Shown in pieces: positions 28,682 to 36,351 of a stretch of 64,000 nt of DNA. Below the pieces are notes generated by a model. It had not been told where the DNA came from. It did not search any database and saw only the letters and a program-made list of their open reading frames with translations. The stretch is from assembly GCA_965208575.1 (NCBI GenBank), contig CBDBOV010000006.1:224001-288000 (forward strand), read 5' to 3'. Every line of letters starts with the position of its first letter. Position 1 is the first letter of the stretch. Made by a program: the position numbers and the translations under genes. This DNA comes from Spirochaetia bacterium (GTDB lineage Bacteria > Spirochaetota > Spirochaetia > SZUA-6 > Bin103).

Positions 28682-29785
28682 TCAGTCATGTGTCGCTCTC
28701 TTTGGTCCGATTGCCCGCAGGGCGGCAGCGGAGGCACGGAGCGCTTGCAGGTTGGCGCGGGCGGCGCCGGTGAGGCCGGTGGCGAGGGTCTCGTGCTTTC
28801 CGCGGCGGTCGTCCAGCTTGGTCAGCCAGTCGGGGCTGATGCTGCCGGCGCCGGAGAATGCGCCGCTCACGGTGCCGGCGATGCAGCCGATGGCGTCGGC
28901 GGCGCGGCCGAAACGGGCGGCGCAGGTGATCGCCTGCTGCGGGTCGCCCTCGGCCAGCGCGAAGATCGCCAGCGCCACCGGGACGGTTTCGCGCGGGTCG
29001 CCCGGCAGCGTGCGCAGCCACCGGTCGCCGGTTCCGCACACCTCGGCGCGGAAGCGGTCGAAGTCGCCGGTGTCGGCGGCGAGTTGCCGGGCTTGCCGGA
29101 TCAGGTCCGCCATTTCGGCGCCGCTGACCGGCAGGATCACGTCCACGGCGGCGTCCAGCACCGATGCCACGGTGGCGTCCGTGCGGCACGCAGCGGCGAC
29201 CGCGGCCGCCACCGCCGCCGCGCCGTCCTGGCAGAAGCCCACGTCGTACACGTGCATCAGGGCGGCCAGGTCGTAGGCCTGCAGCGCCGCCTGCCACGGG
29301 TTGCAGGCGTTGACGATGCCCACCGGTCCCATCGCCACCACGCCGGTCGAGTGTGGCATGGTGCCGAGTCCCGTGTAGCGCGGCGAATAGCGTCTCCTCC
29401 CTACCGCGCTGAACACCTGCTGCACGGAGATGAAGAACGCGCCGTCCTTGGCGAACTGCGGCGAGTGGTCGCACATGGCGCGCGCCCAGTCGTCCAGCAT
29501 CGCGCCGCCGCCGGTGTCGATCAGCATGCGCGCCACGATCTCGACCATGGCGGTCTCGTCGCCGGGGACGCCGAACGGCAAGCCGTCGCGGTTGCGCCGG
29601 CCGCCGCCGTGTTCACCGCCGCGGGAGCCGGCGTCGGCGTCGGTGATCCCGGCGGCAGCGGGCCCGGCATCACCGAGTGCGGTTTCGGCGGCCGCCATAC
29701 CGGCGGCATCGCCGAGCGCGGCGCCGGCCAGGCAGCCGAGCGCCTTGTCGAACAGGGCGGTCGAACGCAGATCGCCCGCGCTCAT
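28682..29785 (-). CDS. ADP-ribosylglycohydrolase family protein (degenerate metal motifs)
   Basis: GCLAGAALGDAAG; GDET in place of TDDT; FGRAADAIG in place of GxDxDT; ATGA-coupled. Confidence 0.85.
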   Translation of the reverse strand: MSAGDLRSTALFDKALGCLAGAALGDAAGMAAAETALGDAGPAAAGITDADAGSRGGEHGGGRRNRDGLPFGVPGDETAMVEIVARMLIDTGGGAMLDDWARAMCDHSPQFAKDGAFFISVQQVFSAVGRRRYSPRYTGLGTMPHSTGVVAMGPVGIVNACNPWQAALQAYDLAALMHVYDVGFCQDGAAAVAAAVAAACRTDATVASVLDAAVDVILPVSGAEMADLIRQARQLAADTGDFDRFRAEVCGTGDRWLRTLPGDPRETVPVALAIFALAEGDPQQAITCAARFGRAADAIGCIAGTVSGAFSGAGSISPDWLTKLDDRRGKHETLATGLTGAARANLQALRASAAALRAIGPKRATHD

Positions 29786-30816
29786 GCCAGCACCTCGCTC
29801 AGCGCCCGCGCCGCCTGTTCCTCGCGCTCCAGCCGGCGCAGCGCGCAGGCGGCAAGCTGCGCGGCCTGCTCGTCCTGATCCACCGCCGCTACCCTGCGCA
29901 CCTTGTCCACCCAGTCCTGCCGGATGGCGTCCACGCCCTGCAGGGCGCCGGCAACCGCCCCGGCGACCGACGCAATGGTGTCGGTGTTGCGCCCGAAGTT
30001 GGCCGCGTACACGATCGTCTTCTCGGTATCGCCGCCGGCCAGTTGGAACAGCCCGATGCACTCGGGGATGATCTCGGTGGACAAGCCGTCGGTGTTGGGA
30101 TGGAAGAACTCGGCACGACGCCCGTAGACCTCGTCCCGGAAGCGATGAAACTCGCCGGTGGCGCGCGCCACCTCCAGAATGGCGCGCATGCGGTCCAACG
30201 TCTCGCGGCCGCTCATCGGCATGATCGCGTCGAGCGACGCCTCCACCACCGAGTCGACGGTGGCGTCCGGCTTCATCGCCTCGGCCACCGCCGCCGCCAT
30301 CGACGCGGCGCCGTCGTGCACCACGCCCGCTTCCTGCATGTGAATGAGGCTGGCGATGTGGTAGGCCTGCCGCGCCGCCTGCTCCGGGTTGCAGGCGTTC
30401 ACGATGCCGACCGGCGAGATGCACATGCCGGAGCTGGTGCTCTGCGGCGTACCGAGCGCGGCCATGCGCGGCGTCACGCCCAGGTCCGCCATCTTGACCA
30501 TGACGTGCGGCACGCCGATGAAGAACTTGGCGGCCTTCTCGCCCACGAACACGTCGCGGTGCCGCACCCACACGCGCGCCCAGTCGTCGAGCCGGGCGAA
30601 TCCGTCGGTCTCGATCAGCGCCTCGGAGAGCAGATCCTTCATGATCGTGTCGTCGGTACCGTCGGTCTCGAAGTCGTCGATCCAGCCGAATCGACTCTCG
30701 ATCCGCATGTACTCCATGCCCTCGGTGTCGGTGCCGATCGCATCGCCGATCAGCCCGGCCATCAGGCAGCCGAGCGTCTTCCTGTACAGCAGCGTCCCGC
30801 GTACGTCCGTGCCCAT
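29782..30816 (-). CDS. ADP-ribosylglycohydrolase family protein
   Basis: GLIGDAIGTDTEG, GTDDT, NFGRNTDTIAS. Confidence 0.9.
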   Translation of the reverse strand: MGTDVRGTLLYRKTLGCLMAGLIGDAIGTDTEGMEYMRIESRFGWIDDFETDGTDDTIMKDLLSEALIETDGFARLDDWARVWVRHRDVFVGEKAAKFFIGVPHVMVKMADLGVTPRMAALGTPQSTSSGMCISPVGIVNACNPEQAARQAYHIASLIHMQEAGVVHDGAASMAAAVAEAMKPDATVDSVVEASLDAIMPMSGRETLDRMRAILEVARATGEFHRFRDEVYGRRAEFFHPNTDGLSTEIIPECIGLFQLAGGDTEKTIVYAANFGRNTDTIASVAGAVAGALQGVDAIRQDWVDKVRRVAAVDQDEQAAQLAACALRRLEREEQAARALSEVLA

Positions 30817-30858
30817 CAGACCCCCTCTGCTCGTCTCGACGCGGGAGCGGGACGCACA

Positions 30859-30907
30859 TCGCCCCGCCCCCGCTGCGCCCCCGCCGTCAGTCCGCGGGCC
30901 GGGGCGA
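30859..30907. terminator. GC-rich stem-loop downstream of the binding-protein gene
   Basis: tcgcccc...ggggcga arms, no U tract; probably mRNA-stabilising. Confidence 0.4.
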
Positions 30908-30915
30908 CAGGTCCG

Positions 30916-32985
30916 CTACTCGCGGATGAACCACTGCGAAGGCGTGGTCGGCACCCACAGGTAGGTCTCGAACGAGAACGGCAGCGTCTCCGGCACGTTG
31001 CGGATGCGGTTGTTGATCAGGATGGGCCGCACCGCCTTGCCGACCGTGCCGATCATGCCCAGGTACTCGGACAGGAACTCCCACACCTCGACGCCGAGGC
31101 GCTGGTAGGTCTCCTCGTCGGTGGAACCGACCCAGTCCCACCAGTTCTCGACCAGTTGCACCACGTCGTCGGGCGGCCGCTCGCCGGCCGGCGGCTCCGG
31201 CCCCTGCTTGCCGCCGCGCTGCCACTCCTGGTGGCGGATCCACTGCTCCCACGGAATGGCATAGCCGTGGTAGCGCTCGTTGTCGAACATCACCCGGAAC
31301 GTCACCCGCGTCTCCAGGTCGCTGTCGGACGGGAACACCGCCACGTCCACCTCGCCCGCCAGGCTGCGCGCCTCGAACAGCTCCTGCGAGATCTGGCGCA
31401 GGTTGACCTGCAGGCCGACGTCACGCCAGTTCTCGGCCACGATCTCGCTGACCGTGAAGCCCATGGTGCCGAGCACCGACTCCGAAGAGATCAGCAGGTC
31501 GATCACGAACGGCTTGCCGTCGGGACCTTCGCGCGTGCCGTCACCGTCGGAGTCCTTGAGGCCCACCTCGTCGAGCCACGCCATGGCCTGGTCGGGATCG
31601 TACTCGGCGTACTTCTTGCCCCAGGCGGGGTCGGCGAACGATGCGCCCGGATCGATGGTCATCTGGGTCGGCGTGGCCAGCCCCTGGAAGGCGAACTCGT
31701 TGACCGCGTTGCGGTCGATCGCCACCGACATGGCGCGCCGGAAGCGGATGTCAGAGAACACCTGCCGCTTCACCGGCTCGGGGTGCATCAGGTTGAACTG
31801 GTAACCGACGCGGGTCATCTTGGTGTCCTGCCACTGCAGCACCCGGTAGTCGCCCTCCTCCTGGTTCTGCACGTACAGCGGGAATTCGTCCGGGTTCATC
31901 ATGCGCCCGCCGATGTCGATCTTGCCCTGCATCATCGACAGGATCGCCACCTGCTTGTCGGAGAAGTAGCGCGCCTCGATGCGGTCGATGTAGGGAAGCT
32001 GGTTGCCGACCGTGTCCACCGCCCAGAAGTAGGGGTTGCGCACCATGTAGATGCCGATCGCGTCACGGCTGTCCAGGGTCCACGCCGACAGCTCCGGCAT
32101 CACGAACGGCTGCTTGGGCGACATGTCGCGGCGCGCCATGAAGTGGCCGATCCAGTTCTCGTAGCCGTGCTCCTTGGCCAGCGCCTCGGCGTTGTCGTTG
32201 GTGCGCAGGCTGAACTCCTTCATGTAGTGCGCCGGCACGAACATGTCGCCCTGCTTGATGCGCGTCCAGTTGAGCATCTGCATGGTGATCAGCTTGGACA
32301 CCGGCCCGGCGAACGAGACGTTCAGCGTGTAGTCGTCGACCGCTTGGAAGTCGGCGAGCTGGCCCGCGATGGTGAAGCGGTTGCGGGTGCCGTGCGGGAT
32401 TTCCGAATCCTTGAAGATGTACTCGTAGGCGAACATGATGTCGGCGGTCGTGAACGGCATGCCGTCCGACCACTTCACGCCCGGACGCAAGTGGAAGGTC
32501 CACTGCGAGCCGTCGGCGGAAGCGTCGAAGTCCTTGAACAGCATCGGGATCGCCTCGCTGGTCGACGGATCCGCGCGGTACGGGAACACCTTGTGGCCGC
32601 GGTGCATGTCGCCCCAGTCGCCGGGACTGAGCCGCGCCACCCGCAGCGTGCCGCCGTAGGTGCCCACCTCTTCATACGGCTCGAATACCAGCGGATCGTC
32701 CGGCAGGCGCTCGGCCAGCGGCGGCAACTCGCCCGCCTCCACCATCTGCGCCAGCATCGGCGCCTCGTTGAAACTGGTGATGTTCAAATCGGCAGCGGTC
32801 GGTGCCTCCAGCCAGCTCTTCGGCCACGTGTAGACGCCGCCGATCAGCACCAGCTCGGTGCCTCCGGTGGAAGCCGCGGCCACCGTGGTATCTTCCGTGT
32901 CCGCCTCCTGCCCGGCGGCAAACGCCGCCCCGGCCCCCAACACCGACGCCGCCAGCGCCAGCGCACATAACCTCACAGTTCGCAT
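30916..32985 (-). CDS. Family-5 ABC transporter substrate-binding protein
   Basis: Signal ending FAAGQE; EAPMLA...LPPLAERLP; LRPGVKWSDG; GNQLPYID; RBS aaggagg. Confidence 0.93.
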   Translation of the reverse strand: MRTVRLCALALAASVLGAGAAFAAGQEADTEDTTVAAASTGGTELVLIGGVYTWPKSWLEAPTAADLNITSFNEAPMLAQMVEAGELPPLAERLPDDPLVFEPYEEVGTYGGTLRVARLSPGDWGDMHRGHKVFPYRADPSTSEAIPMLFKDFDASADGSQWTFHLRPGVKWSDGMPFTTADIMFAYEYIFKDSEIPHGTRNRFTIAGQLADFQAVDDYTLNVSFAGPVSKLITMQMLNWTRIKQGDMFVPAHYMKEFSLRTNDNAEALAKEHGYENWIGHFMARRDMSPKQPFVMPELSAWTLDSRDAIGIYMVRNPYFWAVDTVGNQLPYIDRIEARYFSDKQVAILSMMQGKIDIGGRMMNPDEFPLYVQNQEEGDYRVLQWQDTKMTRVGYQFNLMHPEPVKRQVFSDIRFRRAMSVAIDRNAVNEFAFQGLATPTQMTIDPGASFADPAWGKKYAEYDPDQAMAWLDEVGLKDSDGDGTREGPDGKPFVIDLLISSESVLGTMGFTVSEIVAENWRDVGLQVNLRQISQELFEARSLAGEVDVAVFPSDSDLETRVTFRVMFDNERYHGYAIPWEQWIRHQEWQRGGKQGPEPPAGERPPDDVVQLVENWWDWVGSTDEETYQRLGVEVWEFLSEYLGMIGTVGKAVRPILINNRIRNVPETLPFSFETYLWVPTTPSQWFIRE

Positions 32986-33091
32986 CGCTCCCTCCTCCTT
33001 AGGACTCGTGCTCATCGCTGCCCTCTCAGGCCAGCCCAAGGGCTACTCTCTCACGCCCGCTTCCACCTGTCCACCCAACGCTCAAGCTCGC

Positions 33092-33481
33092 TCAAGCCTG
33101 CAGATCTTGGGTGACCTCCCCGATGTAACTGGCAAGCCACGCCTCGCCCTCGCGATGAGCTTCCAGCAGGTCGATCAGATCTGTGCCATCCCACGACTCG
33201 ACCGCCTGCACCGCGGCATCGCGGACTCCCACGTCGGAGTGCGCGAGCGCGCCCCCAACTAGTGCCGCCCGCCACGCCGACGATCCGGGGTTCGTCAGAC
33301 GGCCCAGGCAGCGCAACGTGGCTGCCGAGAAACCGGGCCGCGTCGTATCCACGCACAGCGCGCCGATGACGTCGAGTACGGCCGCCTGTTCGCCGATCCT
33401 CAACGCGCGTTCGAGAATCTGCTCGGCGGGATGTGCGACGCCGTCTTCGACCGGCTGCGCTTTGAACACCGCGCACAGCAT
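33092..33481 (-). CDS. Small HEAT-repeat-like hypothetical protein, possibly 5'-truncated
   Basis: LAHSDVGVRDAAVQAVESW HEAT-like helix pair; lies downstream of mrr. Confidence 0.55.
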   Translation of the reverse strand: MLCAVFKAQPVEDGVAHPAEQILERALRIGEQAAVLDVIGALCVDTTRPGFSAATLRCLGRLTNPGSSAWRAALVGGALAHSDVGVRDAAVQAVESWDGTDLIDLLEAHREGEAWLASYIGEVTQDLQA

Positions 33482-33649
33482 CCTGTCGAGACGATCAAGG
33501 ATAGAAGCGGTCAGACGGTGACACTCCTTCGCTGATTTCGAGCAAAGCGCCGCCCCGGTCGGCAGCTTGCGGCCAGTTCACGAGCCGACGGGTACAAGGG
33601 GTTACTGGTCACAAGAAAATGGGCCTCCAAGTCGAGATGGCCGGGGCGT

Positions 33650-35125
33650 TCATCCGTCCACTTCAAGATCGGAGAACGCGTCACGGTCAAATTCCAATAT
33701 CTCTACGGGGCGCTTACGAACGCCGATGCCGTACTGGACGAGTAGATCAACGAGCTTCTCGCCATCGATAAGGGTTATCGGGGCGACACCCGTTGCAAAG
33801 GCTGCCTCCTCGGTTCCTCTCGAGTATTTGGAGGTTGCAATAATCGTGCCCCGGACGGCGTTGAATCGGTACAGTGATCCTCGAAGTGCGTCGAGATCCT
33901 TTCGCTGAATCGTTCTCTTGTGGCGCTTCGCTTGAATGACCTCACGAATACGAGTTATCCCAAGCTCGATGTTGGCGACTACATCCACACCACCGTCTCC
34001 AGATCTCGCGGTCACCTCCACGTCCTGATAATCCATCTCGACGAGTAGCCGCTTCACCAAGTGCTCGAACGCGAAGGGGTCCAACGAAGATAAGAACTCA
34101 CGCAAGTCCTCGCGAACCGATAGTGCCTGGCGTTTCACCAGTGCCCACAGCTGTCCATGCTCATCATCGTCGCTTCGCACTTTGCGCCGGAGTCGTTGCA
34201 GGTAGTCGATGCCGCTATCGGTAATCGAGTACATCGTACCTTCACGAGCAATCAAATCGCGGTCCAGCAGGTTGTTCAGCCGACGCCGCAGTGTGTCTCG
34301 GATTGTGGATTGTGTGCCAAAACGCGAATACCGACTCAAATACTCGGACCACTCTGCGAGCAATCCGCCGGCCCGAGTCGGCCCTATGTCGGCAACGATC
34401 CCCAGCAACTTGATCACGCCTTCGCGTTCGTCGAGGAACGCCTCGATGTCTCCGCTCTTCTGATGCAGGAACTTCTTCCCAGCATCGGTCAAGCTCAGCT
34501 TGCCGTCACGGTTCTCGTTAATGAGTTGATATCTCCGGCACAGCAGCCAATGGCCATAGGTGTGCCGCGGGTTGACGCTCTTGCCGCTACTCTGCCAGAT
34601 CGCACTCGCAAGGTCGCGATCGTCACCCGAGAGGCGTTCAGGTATCCATCCGTCGGGATCAGTCCAATCTACGGTATTCTGCGGAGTCCCTCGCAGTTCG
34701 TTGATGGTTGTACGTAGGGCGGTGACCTGCTTCCGCGGCCGACCTGGCCACACCCGAAGAAGCTCACGAACCTCGCGATATGTCGGAAAAATCGGTGTCC
34801 TTACGCGGAGCTCCTCTGACTCCTCTTCCTCTACCTCGGCGGTATCATCCGTACCGGACGAGAAGCCTCCTGGTTCGATAGATTCGGATACCGTAGCTTC
34901 GGCGTGAAGAGAGCTCAATCCATACACACCGGGACCGACTCGGCAGAACTCGCTGCCTTCCCCGTATTTCTTTATGTCACCGTTGATTGTGGCGCGTACC
35001 GAGGCATCTGGTGTCTTCGACGTCGAGCTTGCGGGACTGCGTTCGAGGATTCGTGCGGTCAGGGCCTGATAATGCATGGGTCCCAGGTCGCGGAGGACCT
35101 CAATGGCGGCGAGTCGAAGATTCAT
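33650..35125 (-). CDS. mrr: Mrr-like type IV restriction endonuclease with N-terminal HARE-HTH and winged-helix region
   Basis: AAIEVL..PMHY...SKTPDAS (HARE-HTH); FEHLVKRLL..M, DGGVD, IQAKRH, LIDGEKL (Mrr_cat). Confidence 0.88.
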   Translation of the reverse strand: MNLRLAAIEVLRDLGPMHYQALTARILERSPASSTSKTPDASVRATINGDIKKYGEGSEFCRVGPGVYGLSSLHAEATVSESIEPGGFSSGTDDTAEVEEEESEELRVRTPIFPTYREVRELLRVWPGRPRKQVTALRTTINELRGTPQNTVDWTDPDGWIPERLSGDDRDLASAIWQSSGKSVNPRHTYGHWLLCRRYQLINENRDGKLSLTDAGKKFLHQKSGDIEAFLDEREGVIKLLGIVADIGPTRAGGLLAEWSEYLSRYSRFGTQSTIRDTLRRRLNNLLDRDLIAREGTMYSITDSGIDYLQRLRRKVRSDDDEHGQLWALVKRQALSVREDLREFLSSLDPFAFEHLVKRLLVEMDYQDVEVTARSGDGGVDVVANIELGITRIREVIQAKRHKRTIQRKDLDALRGSLYRFNAVRGTIIATSKYSRGTEEAAFATGVAPITLIDGEKLVDLLVQYGIGVRKRPVEILEFDRDAFSDLEVDG

Positions 35126-35351
35126 TGGATTCCTTCAGTATCTCACGCTTGAGCCGGATGATGAAGCGACGCCCTTCCTCGATACGCTCCGGCTCGGCCC
35201 GATCGTGCATTCGCAGCCTGAAGTTCCGCTCCGGCGCGTCTGTGCGTCGAGCGTCAACGTAACGGTAGTCAATGCGTAGCCCAGTTCATCGGCAGATCCC
35301 GGAATACCGCACTTGGGCGGCCCATCGACACCGGCCCACCTGCGAAATCCT

Positions 35352-36161
35352 TCAGTGCAGGGCGAACACGCCGCGCACGGTTACGGTGATGGTGTCGCTG
35401 CCGATGCTGATCGGCGTATCGACCGCTTCGGCTTTCAGCAACGCGCCGGTGGCCGGTCGCGGGTAGGGGCCGTCGGGCGGCGCCACTCCCTCGCTGATTT
35501 CGAGCAACGGTCCCAATTCGCGGTTCGCGGCTTCCGCCAGTTGCCGGGCGGTGCGGTGCAGCTCATTCACCGCTTGCCGGCGGGCGACCTCACGATGCCG
35601 TTCCGGGTCGGCGTGTGCGAATGCGATGTCGCGAAACACCAGCTCATCGCCGGCGGCGTCGGACACGACGTCGATGGCGGTACCCAGAGTGTCCAGGTCC
35701 CGGTAGGTGACCGTCAGGGAGTGGACGACCCGGTAGCCGGCCAGGCGGCGCCGGCCTTCGTCGGTGTACTGGTAATCGGGCTGGATGCTGAACCGGCTGG
35801 TCTGCATGTCCCGATCCTCCACGCCGAGCCGTCGAAGTTCGTCGATTACCGCCTCGGTCACCCCAGCGGCCCGCTCCCTGGCTGCGGCCACCCACGGCTG
35901 CGTGATCTCGACGCTGATGCCGAGGACAGCGACATCGGGTACGGCTTGCACGCTGCCATCCGCGCGCACCACCACGGTTCCCGGTTGCGCGATGGCCGTG
36001 CCGGGAGCGCCCACCTCTTGCACCGGCGGCGTTGTACCGCACCCGGCGATCACCAGAGCGGCCACCAGCACCGCCAAGACGGCACACAATCCGAATGGCG
36101 TGCCGTTTCCCGGTGCTCGCGCACCCGCCCGGAGCGAGCGATTGCTCACCCTCCTGATCAT
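35352..36161 (-). CDS. SIMPL (DUF541) domain lipoprotein
   Basis: Lipobox IAG-C; GSVQAVPDVA, IQPDYQY, VTVRGVFAL; start approximate. Confidence 0.85.
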   Translation of the reverse strand: MIRRVSNRSLRAGARAPGNGTPFGLCAVLAVLVAALVIAGCGTTPPVQEVGAPGTAIAQPGTVVVRADGSVQAVPDVAVLGISVEITQPWVAAARERAAGVTEAVIDELRRLGVEDRDMQTSRFSIQPDYQYTDEGRRRLAGYRVVHSLTVTYRDLDTLGTAIDVVSDAAGDELVFRDIAFAHADPERHREVARRQAVNELHRTARQLAEAANRELGPLLEISEGVAPPDGPYPRPATGALLKAEAVDTPISIGSDTITVTVRGVFALH

Positions 36162-36351
36162 CGTCGTCACCTTGCACGTCGAGACGGCGAAGATCAATCG
36201 CCGCTGGGCTCCGCGCCGGCGCGCGACAGGCGCGGGGGGTCCTGAACGCCGGAGACGGCAGAATTCGCATGGCCGGGATCGACGGCAGACAGCTTGCAGG
36301 AGCGCACGACGGTCGGCCAAATCAGAACGCGGCCACGGCGTGGAGGTGGCG

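Noticed and set aside
28682-30859. 725-aa ORF as a fused double hydrolase
   Set aside because: The upstream part is an alternative frame of the 29782-30816 gene; the real start is ATG 29785 with an ATGA overlap
29677-32970. 1097-aa + strand ORF and similar long antisense ORFs (8443-10617, 52936-54975, 53609-56260, 59767-61401)
   Set aside because: Shadow frames of well-supported genes in high-GC DNA; no motifs of their own
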